DNA of 64,000 nucleotides from Minisyncoccia bacterium (lineage in GTDB: Bacteria > Patescibacteriota > Minisyncoccia > Phycocordibacterales > UBA6065): contig JBIIJY010000002.1 in NCBI GenBank assembly GCA_044233485.1, forward strand, positions 8,047 to 72,046. The letters are read 5' to 3'. A model generated the notes under the pieces. That model was given only the letters and a program-made list of their open reading frames with translations. It was not told the origin of the DNA and did not search any database. The stretch's first letter is position 1. Every line of letters starts with the position of its first letter. Below, in pieces: positions 29,005 to 37,788 of this stretch. The position numbers and the translations under genes were made by a program.

Positions 29005-29727
29005 ATGACAACCCGTATCGACATCCTCCTTACCCTTCGCGGACTGACCGACTCACGTAACCGCGCCCAGGAACTCATACGACAGAAAAAAGTTCGTGTT
29101 GGTGGACTTCTCGTCTCGAAAGCAAGTCAGACATTCGAAGATGATGCACATATCACCCTCGATGAGGATTTACTCTACGTGAGTCGAGCTGGATATAAAC
29201 TCGCCGGAGCGCTCGAGCAATTTTCAATCGACGTCACGGGCATGGTCGCTCTTGATATTGGATCTTCAACCGGTGGCTTTACCGACTGCCTCCTCAAACA
29301 CGGCGCTCGACATGTCTACGCGGTCGACGTCGGGACAGATCAATTTTCTGCAAAGCTCAAAGGGCTTCCTACTGTTTCTCTTTTTGAACAGACAGACATA
29401 CGGGATTTCAACCCCCCGCCACTCCCACTCGATATCATCACTATTGATGTCTCATTTATTTCAGTAATCCATCTGATTCCCCGCATAGCTCTTCTCTCAC
29501 GTCCGGGAACACACATTATCTGTCTCGTGAAGCCGCAATTCGAACTCTCGCGGGAGAAGCTCAACAAAAACGGAATTGTGAAGTCTGAAGCCGATGCGCT
29601 CGAGGCATGCGTACGCGTCGAGAATGCATTCGCAGAAACTGGGTTTCGTATCCTTGGTCGCGGAGTCTCTCCTCTTAAAGGTACTGAGGGTAACACTGAG
29701 TATCTTCTACATCTCTCTCGAATATAA
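29005..29727 (+). CDS. tlyA: TlyA family rRNA 2'-O-methyltransferase
   Basis: S4 domain; YVSRAGYKL, DIGSSTGGFTDCLL, DVSFIS, LVKPQFE, GNTEY. Confidence 0.94.
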   Translation: MTTRIDILLTLRGLTDSRNRAQELIRQKKVRVGGLLVSKASQTFEDDAHITLDEDLLYVSRAGYKLAGALEQFSIDVTGMVALDIGSSTGGFTDCLLKHGARHVYAVDVGTDQFSAKLKGLPTVSLFEQTDIRDFNPPPLPLDIITIDVSFISVIHLIPRIALLSRPGTHIICLVKPQFELSREKLNKNGIVKSEADALEACVRVENAFAETGFRILGRGVSPLKGTEGNTEYLLHLSRI

Positions 29728-29765
29728 AAAGGGGGCGCGTCACCTGTCGGTGATGCGCCCTCGCT

Positions 29766-30047
29766 TCAGATCCGGTAACCTGGCATCTCACAGAAAATTG
29801 CCCACTTTTGATACTGATATGCACCAAGAGCCTCTCGACTCGGTAGGGTATACAAGACAATATCGCCAACCTGAACAATGACACCAAACCCGACAATTGA
29901 TTCGTTTTTTCGAATAATGGCTACTCGATACGTTCCATCGTGGCGACAACGAGCAAATTCATCTAAAATATAATCCCCGTTGGGGAACATCTGGTTTAAA
30001 TCGGAACACATCTTTTTATATACAGATGCAAACTCTCTCTCATTCAT
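29766..30047 (-). CDS. Hypothetical protein
   Basis: 93-aa ORF with SD-like AGAAAGG upstream. Confidence 0.55.
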   Translation of the reverse strand: MNEREFASVYKKMCSDLNQMFPNGDYILDEFARCRHDGTYRVAIIRKNESIVGFGVIVQVGDIVLYTLPSREALGAYQYQKWAIFCEMPGYRI

Positions 30048-30132
30048 TTGTTCAACCTTTCTGTTTATTGTTATATAACAACTATCTCTATATGTAAATA
30101 GTCCGTCATCCCAGCCACGGTCTAGAGAGATT

Positions 30133-30161
30133 TTGCCTTACTCGACTTTCTGGCATACACT
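30133..30161 (+). promoter_or_regulatory. Sigma-70 promoter driving a non-coding transcript
   Basis: TTGCCT (30133-30138), 17-nt spacer, TACACT (30156-30161). Confidence 0.65.
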
Positions 30162-30165
30162 ATGT

Positions 30166-30302
30166 GGGCATTCAGTCGCCTTCAGTAGCGGCGAGCGAAC
30201 GGTGCCCGGCATTTCCGCCCACGGAACTTTGCCCGATAAGCACCAGGAGGCGATCCTGATTGCAAGCCTGCCGACCCACCCGGGTTAGCAGGCTCTTTTT
30301 TT
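30166..30302 (+). ncRNA. Candidate stand-alone structured small RNA containing a 23S rRNA-like segment
   Basis: GC-rich, no ORF; closing helix GCATTCAGTCGCCTT/GAGGCGATCCTGATTGC; inner GGTGC/GCACC, GGCA/TGCC, TTCC/GGAA; terminator 30265-30302; CAGTAGCGGCGAGCGAACGG at 30183-30202. Confidence 0.65.
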
Positions 30303-30310
30303 ACACAAGC

Positions 30311-30856
30311 TTACTTCACCTCCTCGAGTAGCCCGGCACCCGAAAGCTTGAATGTTTTCGTCACGCCAATAGATGGCTGTGCCGTCATCGGTTCACCTGT
30401 GGCACGAGTGGCGAAATTCACACTTACGATACCGTCCGCGATTCGCGTATTCTGAGGCGCGATACGATCACCGAGAAAGAACGCCTCGAGACTACGATAT
30501 CCCGCATCTGTCGCTTTCAAGACAACGAGGTAGAAAAACACTCCTGTCCCGCCCGTGCTCTGTGTGATGAGGAGAGCCCGATCCACTCGCCCGTCGCCAT
30601 CGAGATCACCGGTCGCCTCATTGCCGAAATATTCAGTGATAGTCGACGAGGCACTCTCTGGTGCGGACTCCTCTTCATTCACTCCGTCGACGAGCGTCAC
30701 GGATTTCCCTTCTATCTGATAGGTAAAGTTTTGTGGATTGAAAGTAGAAAGTGGAGTCTGTGGTTTATCGAGCTTCGAGAACGAAACTCCCCCGCGAAGC
30801 ACCATCACCACAACACCAATGACGATAAGAACGATGAGTATGACTTTTTTTGACAT
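30311..30856 (-). CDS. Membrane-anchored hypothetical protein
   Basis: N-terminal TM; GDLDGDGRVD, GGTGVFFY, LGDRIAPQ. Confidence 0.8.
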   Translation of the reverse strand: MSKKVILIVLIVIGVVVMVLRGGVSFSKLDKPQTPLSTFNPQNFTYQIEGKSVTLVDGVNEEESAPESASSTITEYFGNEATGDLDGDGRVDRALLITQSTGGTGVFFYLVVLKATDAGYRSLEAFFLGDRIAPQNTRIADGIVSVNFATRATGEPMTAQPSIGVTKTFKLSGAGLLEEVK

Positions 30857-30876
30857 GGGGTAAGTATAGCAAGAGC

Positions 30877-31368
30877 TTATTCCACAAATGATGCAATCTT
30901 CGGCAAAACGAGCTTGATATAATCCTCTGACTTCATGCCGACAGAATAACTTTTATCACCAGCATTAAAAACAATCTTTTCATTGGCAAGCAGCGAGTCA
31001 TCAGCGAATACTTCTAGGTTAAATAGATTGCCAAACGGCGGTACACCACCAGGTAATACTCCACCAGTAATCTCACCTACTTCTACTTCACTGGCAAAAC
31101 GAATATCAGTAAAGTTGAATAACGTAGACACTTTCTGAGAGTTGAATCGCTTGTCGCCCGGGAGAACTATCATGACAAATCGTTTACCTTTCCCCGATTC
31201 TTTCACTCGAGCAATGATTGCCTTTGCACCTTGCTGAATTGTATAGCCCACTCGTGTCTTTGCAGCTTCTTCACTTGTACGAACAGGCGGATGCTCAAAC
31301 GTTTCAAACCAGCATGAGTTTTGAGTAAGGAGAGTTTTTATTTTTTCAACAACTGGATGATATTCCAT
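30877..31368 (-). CDS. YbaK/ProX family aminoacyl-tRNA deacylase
   Basis: HPPVRTSEEAA, AKAII, RFAS, PGGVPPFG, FNAG. Confidence 0.9.
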   Translation of the reverse strand: MEYHPVVEKIKTLLTQNSCWFETFEHPPVRTSEEAAKTRVGYTIQQGAKAIIARVKESGKGKRFVMIVLPGDKRFNSQKVSTLFNFTDIRFASEVEVGEITGGVLPGGVPPFGNLFNLEVFADDSLLANEKIVFNAGDKSYSVGMKSEDYIKLVLPKIASFVE

Positions 31369-31561
31369 AGGGTTATGGTACACCGGTTAGGGTCGAGGTT
31401 CAATTACAAGTTGAATGAAACCCTCCACCGCAACGTCGCAGAATCTCAGATGAGCCTGCGACGTTTTTTATTTTTCAACTCATTACTTGACTCGGTCGAT
31501 TGCATATGAGAGATTGAGACCGAAACGTAGAGGGCAATAAAGCACTCTACAGAAAGGAAAC

Positions 31562-31993
31562 TTGGGATTACTAGAAGATGCTCTAAAGCGTGCAATTGCA
31601 AGGCGTGGCACCCCCGTTCAAGCGGATAACAATCGTGCAGAAAGGGCGCGAGAAGAGGCTACGTTGCAACAACAGCAACGGATTGATGAATTAATCGGTC
31701 AAATCCCCACCCTTCTTGAAGAGGCCATTTACAGTGGCAAACACTTCATTGAGGTGGTCACTATCGACGAGACGAGAGGAGACTACCCACCTGACTGGTG
31801 GCTGGACTACTGCCACTTCTTTGAAGCACAGAAATACATTGACGACCACCCGGTGGCGAAAGCGGTGTGTGATTTTATGGAAGAAGCACAGCGGCAGCGT
31901 TTCGTCTTCAGCTTGCACTTGAAACCACTCCCAGATGACCCGAACGAAGCCCCAAATCGGAAGGCTATCGTCGTTCACGCCGCCTGGCGATGA
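31562..31993 (+). CDS. Hypothetical protein
   Basis: SD AGAAAGGA before TTG; 143 aa; followed by terminator CGCCCGGACT...AGTCCGGGCG. Confidence 0.65.
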   Translation: MGLLEDALKRAIARRGTPVQADNNRAERAREEATLQQQQRIDELIGQIPTLLEEAIYSGKHFIEVVTIDETRGDYPPDWWLDYCHFFEAQKYIDDHPVAKAVCDFMEEAQRQRFVFSLHLKPLPDDPNEAPNRKAIVVHAAWR

Positions 31994-32058
31994 ACATCGG
32001 AGGTGAATATTCGAAACGCCCGGACTCAGAGTAGTCCGGGCGCTTTTTGTTTTGAACA

Positions 32059-32688
32059 TTATCCCGAAATTACTGGCAACTTGCCGACGTATGTTTTGTT
32101 GTTGATCAAATCCACGAGGACTTTCGCCACTTTCTTTCTACTGGTCAGTAGTTCGGCTGGGCCACCTTCTGTCAGGCGATATATCTTTGCTTCTGCATTA
32201 CTTTTGCTGAGCTTGAGCACGCGGACGACTGTGAAGTCTAACCCTGAGTCTTGCAATACTTTTACATGCCCAATTCCGTCATTGACCCGATCTGGATCTA
32301 CGATCGCGACAAGTACATTAAGCACCTTGTCGACAAGAGACGGAGTATCATTTTCTGCTCTCGCGCCGGTGCCGGTGAGGCTGAGGATTCTAGTAATCCC
32401 GCACTCTTTCATGGCGCGGGTAATATTGGTAATTCCCTTGGTCTGCATCAGAGGGTCGGACCCTTTAATATGCCCTAAAACACTGATCACGGCCTCACTA
32501 CCCTGGAGCGCATCGCGAACACTCTCATAGTCCATCACATTCCCTTTTTTAATAATCACATCGCCTGAGAAATATGTACTCGAAGCATCGCTAAACACAA
32601 ACGCCACAACTTCAAAGCCCAAGGCTTTGGCATAGTTCACCACCTCTACCCCTGTCCTTCCATCAGCACCGAATATGCAGATTTTCAT
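32059..32688 (-). CDS. NAD(P)H-binding Rossmann protein (flavin/biliverdin IX-beta reductase-like)
   Basis: ICIFGADGRTG, DALQGSEAVISVLG, SGLDFTVVR. Confidence 0.85.
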   Translation of the reverse strand: MKICIFGADGRTGVEVVNYAKALGFEVVAFVFSDASSTYFSGDVIIKKGNVMDYESVRDALQGSEAVISVLGHIKGSDPLMQTKGITNITRAMKECGITRILSLTGTGARAENDTPSLVDKVLNVLVAIVDPDRVNDGIGHVKVLQDSGLDFTVVRVLKLSKSNAEAKIYRLTEGGPAELLTSRKKVAKVLVDLINNKTYVGKLPVISG

Positions 32689-32781
32689 AGATACAGTATA
32701 AAGTCGTAGAACTCTTTGTAAATCTAAGCTGTTACTCGTAGATTTTCGAGGACTGAGACATTTGAGATATCGCGAGAAAAA

Positions 32782-33372
32782 TTATAGTTGACTCTCGATT
32801 GTCTTCTTCGACTGCGCATCGATAATTCTAATAATGAAGCTGAATACACTTGTCACCATGTAAGCAATAAAAAGTGTGCAGATATTTGCCAGCAAAAATA
32901 GCAACAATATTACTGTGAAAATATACTCTTTGAGTACGAAGGTAAAGATTATCGACGAAGTGACAAAAGTAATACCGTAGAACATGCCAACAATTTTAAA
33001 AAGCTTTCTTTTAAACACTTCGTGATTAAAATCGTTTCGAAAGAAAGAGACTGCTTTGATTACAAATTCATATATAAAGGCAAAACCCACAATCATAGAG
33101 AGTATAACCCCCTTCATTTCTTCCGCATCAATGACACGACTATACGATCCATTTGAATCGAAAAAATTAAAATGAGAGTTGAAATCTGAGATAAGACTTA
33201 GCAGATTATCTATGAGGAGAAGACCTCTGTCGTTAGTTAAAAAGAGTGCACTTATTGATAGTAAGACAAAGAACACATACAGAAATAAAGATATGACGTA
33301 GGGAGTATACAGTACGTTTCTGACGATTCTTGTCCCGAATATAAGAACTTGTCTTATGGTTATGGCCAGCAT
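32782..33372 (-). CDS. Low-GC four-TM hypothetical membrane protein
   Basis: 196-aa hydrophobic ORF, AT-rich. Confidence 0.75.
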   Translation of the reverse strand: MLAITIRQVLIFGTRIVRNVLYTPYVISLFLYVFFVLLSISALFLTNDRGLLLIDNLLSLISDFNSHFNFFDSNGSYSRVIDAEEMKGVILSMIVGFAFIYEFVIKAVSFFRNDFNHEVFKRKLFKIVGMFYGITFVTSSIIFTFVLKEYIFTVILLLFLLANICTLFIAYMVTSVFSFIIRIIDAQSKKTIESQL

Positions 33373-33586
33373 GTTTGTACTGGATTATTTCAGTATTGTA
33401 CCGTACATATGAGTTTATATAAGCATTGTAGCACTCTCGTGCACTATCATTATCTCGATTCAGCGATGTTATAGGGATTCGGTCACATATACATTTTGTG
33501 AACCTGTAGCGCGGCTTTCAGAGCTAACAAGTACTAGGAAATAGCAACCTGTGAACTTAGACTTGAGTAAATTCTTAATGAATGAA

Positions 33587-34108
33587 TTAGAAACCTGAAC
33601 AAGTTAAGATTAGTACGGAATTTTTTTCATCTCCTTCCATATATCCATTCAACGAACTTTTATTCCAAGGAGTCTCAGAAGGAATAAATGTTTTACCGGC
33701 TTTTGTAACCGTATCTTTACACCAATTTTCTCGATTTACAGCGTCGGCCTTACCGAAAGAAATTCCTTTATTCAATTCAAACTTCTTATCAAGTACTGTT
33801 CCAGTTTCAATAACCTCTATACAACTTTTCTTATAGTCATTATTATGAGTACCAGCACTCACTCCAGGATTTAGAGAGATATTTTCACAAATTGTTACAT
33901 CATTATAATAAATAGCAACAGTCTGGATACATGCAGGCGAAAGAAAATCACTAACTTTATTACAAATTTCAACGTAAGACATTGAGGGGCTTACATTTGT
34001 AACCTTATTGGTTGATGTTTTTTTAGAAAAATAGAAAAATGCAACAACTAATACTACGACAATAATTGAGAGCATGATTCTTATGAATCCACTTTGATAG
34101 TTTCTCAT
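33587..34108 (-). CDS. Low-GC membrane-anchored Cys-containing protein with pilin-like N-terminus
   Basis: MRNYQSG|FIRIMLSIIVVVLVV; TATAAT 6 nt before the ATG. Confidence 0.75.
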   Translation of the reverse strand: MRNYQSGFIRIMLSIIVVVLVVAFFYFSKKTSTNKVTNVSPSMSYVEICNKVSDFLSPACIQTVAIYYNDVTICENISLNPGVSAGTHNNDYKKSCIEVIETGTVLDKKFELNKGISFGKADAVNRENWCKDTVTKAGKTFIPSETPWNKSSLNGYMEGDEKNSVLILTCSGF

Positions 34109-34135
34109 ACCAAAATTATACTACACAATGTTCAC

Positions 34136-34315
34136 TTGTGACCCTATCGGGATTCGGTAACTTAATTGTAAAGGCCACAATAATTTGTTCGTCGTCACTC
34201 GTAGATTTTCCAGCCCCGGACTCGACTGTTTTTCTTGCTAGAAAAACATGTCTCTGTCTTCACAAAATTTAAAAGACTGGAGCAGTCCAGATTTTTTGGA
34301 AACCTGTTTTTGTGA
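34136..34315. repeat. About 180-bp direct repeat, copy 1 (tRNA-Glu 3'-end core plus structured element)
   Basis: Begins TTGTGACCCTATCGGGATTCG (= 35355-35375) then GTAACTTAATTGTAAAGGCCACAATAAT...; closely similar to 35074-35255. Confidence 0.9.
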
Positions 34316-34494
34316 CCTAGACGCTTGGATTTCAGAACTTTTTAAACAAAGAAATAGCATAAAGTTATCCATTCAAAATTTATCAAAGTTAGTTTGTAAA
34401 AACAGAAAACCCACCGAAGCGGATTTCCGTTGGTGAGTTATTTCTCGAGAATTTTGCAAGTTTTCTCTAACTTAGTGGACGGACCACCATTCTT

Positions 34495-34851
34495 CTATTT
34501 TTCTAAAGCGGCTTTTAAGCGGGCCTGGATAGCGTTTGCATTCCTTAAGAATTTTTGAGCTTGCTTCACAAGGTCTGATGTCTCCTGTAACAAAGATTCC
34601 AGATCTCCTGTGACGGCGTCACTCGCAGACTTTTTGTTTTGTGCATCCAAGAAATCAAGTGCCTGCTCAATCTTGATTCTTACATTTCCACCGATTTTTT
34701 CCTCCTCAAGACTTTTGGCCCACCTCACTAAAGTAGGGTGAGCCATGTTCTGAAAGGTAGGAGACGGGCGAAGCGCTAGGGCCATTGAGCGAAGGTTTTT
34801 GAAACGCTTCCGAGTCCGCAAAAAGCGCTGATGAAGGGTCTGTATTTTCAT
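34495..34851 (-). CDS. Hypothetical basic protein (cargo between the repeats)
   Basis: ORF from MKIQTLHQRF, helical C-terminus. Confidence 0.55.
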   Translation of the reverse strand: MKIQTLHQRFLRTRKRFKNLRSMALALRPSPTFQNMAHPTLVRWAKSLEEEKIGGNVRIKIEQALDFLDAQNKKSASDAVTGDLESLLQETSDLVKQAQKFLRNANAIQARLKAALEK

Positions 34852-34906
34852 AATCGAGTCAGTTTCTACCAAGAAAATTATCATTATTTCTTTTAATAAG
34901 CAATAT

Positions 34907-35098
34907 TTTTCAGAACTCATTAAAAACGCTGCTGTATATTATCAATTTGCAAAACCGCAAGAAAAGGAGCAGATTGTTCGTGTAATATTTTCAGAACTTT
35001 CAGTTTCCCAAAATACGTTGAATTATAAGTGCAAAAAAGAATTTGAGTGTATCGAGAACCGACTAAATACTATTTGTGACCCTATCGGGATTCGGTAA
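34907..35098 (+). pseudogene. C-terminal remnant of a probable large serine recombinase ending in the att core
   Basis: Start-less frame FSELIKNAAVYYQFAKPQEKEQIVRVIFSELSVSQNTLNYKCKKEFECIENRLNTICDPIGIR* reads through the tRNA-end duplicate; family assignment from recalled resemblance, not searched. Confidence 0.55.
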
Positions 35099-35255
35099 CT
35101 TAATTGTAAAGGCCACAATAATCTACTCGTCGTCACTCGTAGATTTTCCAGCCCCGGACTCAGCTGTTTTTCTTGCTAGAAAAACATGTCTCCGTCTTCA
35201 CAAAATTTTAAAAGAGTGAAGCAGTTCACTCTTTTTAGAAACCCGCTCTTGTGGT
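35074..35255. repeat. About 180-bp direct repeat, copy 2
   Basis: Counterpart of 34136-34315. Confidence 0.9.
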
Positions 35256-35315
35256 CACGCATAATTTTTTGCTAAAATTTGCGCGACCCCGCCTCGCGCC
35301 GTCGCGCTCCGGCCG

Positions 35316-35360
35316 TCACAATAGTAAAAAGCCACGTGTAGTGGCTTTTTACTATTGTGA
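35316..35360 (-). terminator. 20-bp perfect inverted repeat at the tRNA-Glu 3' end
   Basis: TCACAATAGTAAAAAGCCAC-GTGTA-GTGGCTTTTTACTATTGTGA. Confidence 0.75.
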
Positions 35361-35432
35361 CCCTATCGGGATTCGAACCCGAGTTTAAGGCTTGAGAAGC
35401 CTCCGTCCTAGACCAGACTAGACGATAGGGCC
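35358..35432 (-). tRNA. tRNA-Glu(CTC)
   Basis: GGCCCTATCGTCTAGTCTGGTCTAGGACG-GAGGC-TT-CTC-AA-GCCTT-AAACTCGGGTTCGAATCCCGATAGGGTCA. Confidence 0.96.
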
Positions 35433-35637
35433 GTGGGTACGTTATAACACATTTTCTCTTTTATTTCAAAAACTTGATTTCGTTTTGGGGGAGACGTATC
35501 ATGGTGAGAGCAGGTTCCTCTGCGATGTGTTAACTCGAGCGTGGGCTGTTCATTGGTTTTTCGACCATCGCCACGCTCGGGTTTTCTTTATAATCGACTC
35601 CTTTTATTTTAGAAAAGTTGGTATACAGTTAACCTAT

Positions 35638-36831
35638 ATGCGAATACTCGCGATTGAAACAAGTTGTGATGATACATCCGTCGCCCTGCTTGAAGCGTCT
35701 GGAACGCTTGAGGCACCACACTTTAAAGTACTCTCGCATGTCACACAAAGCCAGATTGAACTTCACCGTCCTTATGGCGGTGTCTATCCAAACCTTGCAA
35801 AGCGTGAGCATGCCCGTAATCTAGTACCAGTACTCGAGACCGTCTTGACCGAGAGTTCCTCTATCACCCCGGCGTCAGGTACAGACAAATTTCTCACCAC
35901 CCTGCGTCTACACTTGAAGCGAATTCCAAAACTCTTGAGTCGAGAACCAGAGCTAGCTCAAGCAATTTCAGATTTTATTCCTCGTATTCAAAAGCCTAAA
36001 AGTATCGATACTATCGCCGTCACTGTCGGGCCTGGACTCGAGCCGGCGCTCTGGGTCGGCATCAATTTCGCCCGAACACTTGGAACACTTTGGAATCTAC
36101 CCGTCATCCCCGTCAATCACATGGAGGGGCATATCGTCTCTACACTACTTGCATCCGAAGGATCTCCAAAGCTCGCTCAAGTCGAGTTCCCCGCCCTCTC
36201 ACTCCTTGTCTCTGGCGGACACACAGAGCTTGTCCGTATTGGCGGATGGGGTAACTACACCATACTCGGAAAAACAGTCGACGACGCTGTCGGTGAAGCC
36301 TTCGACAAAATTGCTCGGATCCTCAAACTCCCCTATCCCGGTGGCCCAGAAATCTCAAAACTGGCACAAGAGTTTCGTGCAAGTGGTCGTGAACAACATG
36401 TCACTCTCCCTCGCCCGATGTTGCATTCACCTGATTTGAATTTTTCATTTTCTGGCCTGAAAACTGCGGTGCTTTATTACACCCAAAAGAAAGGTCTAAT
36501 TGACCATGAACACACAAAAGCAATTTGCGCGGAAGTAGAGGAATCAATCACTGAAGTCCTCGTCTCAAAAACAGAAGCGGCTCTACGTGCCGGCAATGCC
36601 CGTACTCTCATCATCGGTGGTGGTGTCAGTGCCAATACCTATCTGCGCGAGAAACTTGTCGCTCTCACTGACGAACTCGACGTACGACTCCTTCTTCCAG
36701 AAAAAACTCTTTCAACTGATAATGCGATCATGATCGGGATTGCCGGGTATTTCTCTCTTCTTCAGAATCGCAAAAGTGGCGTCGACCGAGCTCTTGGTAA
36801 CCTCAGTCTTGAGCACATCAAGACTCTGTAA
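35638..36831 (+). CDS. tsaD: t6A synthase TsaD
   Basis: MRILAIETSCDDT, YGGVYPNLAKREH, GPGLEPAL, NHMEGH, LVSGGHT, FSFSGLKT, TDNAIMI. Confidence 0.96.
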   Translation: MRILAIETSCDDTSVALLEASGTLEAPHFKVLSHVTQSQIELHRPYGGVYPNLAKREHARNLVPVLETVLTESSSITPASGTDKFLTTLRLHLKRIPKLLSREPELAQAISDFIPRIQKPKSIDTIAVTVGPGLEPALWVGINFARTLGTLWNLPVIPVNHMEGHIVSTLLASEGSPKLAQVEFPALSLLVSGGHTELVRIGGWGNYTILGKTVDDAVGEAFDKIARILKLPYPGGPEISKLAQEFRASGREQHVTLPRPMLHSPDLNFSFSGLKTAVLYYTQKKGLIDHEHTKAICAEVEESITEVLVSKTEAALRAGNARTLIIGGGVSANTYLREKLVALTDELDVRLLLPEKTLSTDNAIMIGIAGYFSLLQNRKSGVDRALGNLSLEHIKTL

Positions 36832-36863
36832 CAAGTACGGCAAGATGATATACTGACCAGTAT

Positions 36864-37775
36864 ATGCTTACTCGCCACCGTTTTGGAGACGTAACCTGGA
36901 TCGACTACACAAGCCCGACAACGGACGAGCTAGCTATCCTCAAAAACGAACTCGGTCTCGACCCACTGGTCGCTGAGCATATCGCTGAACCGAACCTGCG
37001 CCAGAAAGTAATTTCATTCGGTAGTGCCACCTTTCTTACACTGTATATACCGACGAAAGTCTCAGGAAAGCTAACCTCAGAATGTGAGGTAGATTTTGTC
37101 ATCGCTCCGAACCTCCTCATCACTTCACGATTCAATGAAGTAGATTCGATTCTCGAATTCAGTCGAAAAGTGGAGATGCTTGAGACATTACACAAACACT
37201 CGCTTCACAATTCTTCACTACGACTTTTTTTCTACCTTCTTGAGCACATATACACGCGTATTCATGAACAGTTTCGCTCGAACGAACATCAGCTCAAGCG
37301 CATTGAGGATTCGATTTTCGCTGGGCGTGAGAAAGAAGTCGTGACCGAGCTTTCACGTGTCTCTCGAGAGATTCTTGCATACAAAAAATCACTCTCATTC
37401 CACGATGATGTCCTCGAGGCACTGAATGTACCTCTCCAAGCCATTGATGGTGAACATTCAAAAAAGCGAATCGCGAGTGCCATACGAACACACAACAAAC
37501 TTTTCGATGAAGTACTGGCCGGACATGAGTTACTTGTCGAACTACGTGCCACAAACGACTCCCTCCTTGAGCACAAGCAAAACACGGCCGTACAAATACT
37601 CACCTTCGTGACAGTAGTCACCTCACTTGCTTCACTCATTGGTGTTATCTTCACCATGCCATTTGCCCATGTTCCACTCCTTGAACACCCCTATGGCTTT
37701 TGGATCGTATTACTCTGTATGTGCGGTCTCGTACTCGTAGCTCTTGAAATTTTTAAACGAAATCGCTGGCTCTAA
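36864..37775 (+). CDS. corA: CorA-family Mg2+ transporter
   Basis: Long soluble domain plus two C-terminal TMs; signature degenerate (IFTMP in place of GMN). Confidence 0.8.
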   Translation: MLTRHRFGDVTWIDYTSPTTDELAILKNELGLDPLVAEHIAEPNLRQKVISFGSATFLTLYIPTKVSGKLTSECEVDFVIAPNLLITSRFNEVDSILEFSRKVEMLETLHKHSLHNSSLRLFFYLLEHIYTRIHEQFRSNEHQLKRIEDSIFAGREKEVVTELSRVSREILAYKKSLSFHDDVLEALNVPLQAIDGEHSKKRIASAIRTHNKLFDEVLAGHELLVELRATNDSLLEHKQNTAVQILTFVTVVTSLASLIGVIFTMPFAHVPLLEHPYGFWIVLLCMCGLVLVALEIFKRNRWL

Positions 37776-37788
37776 TCACCCTCCTACC

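Noticed and set aside
30166-30302. 5S rRNA or SRP RNA
   Set aside because: TTCCGCCCACGGAAC loosely recalls 5S loop C, but helix II, loop E and GAAC are missing; there is no SRP CAGG-GNRA-AGCA domain.
31389-31475. Hairpins upstream of ORF 31562 as a riboswitch or ribozyme
   Set aside because: Two stems and a T-tract are visible but no recognisable aptamer or catalytic core.
35250-35320. HDV-like (theta) ribozyme after tRNA-Glu or tRNA-fMet
   Set aside because: I could not build the nested double pseudoknot on the tRNA-sense strand; kept as an unassigned element.
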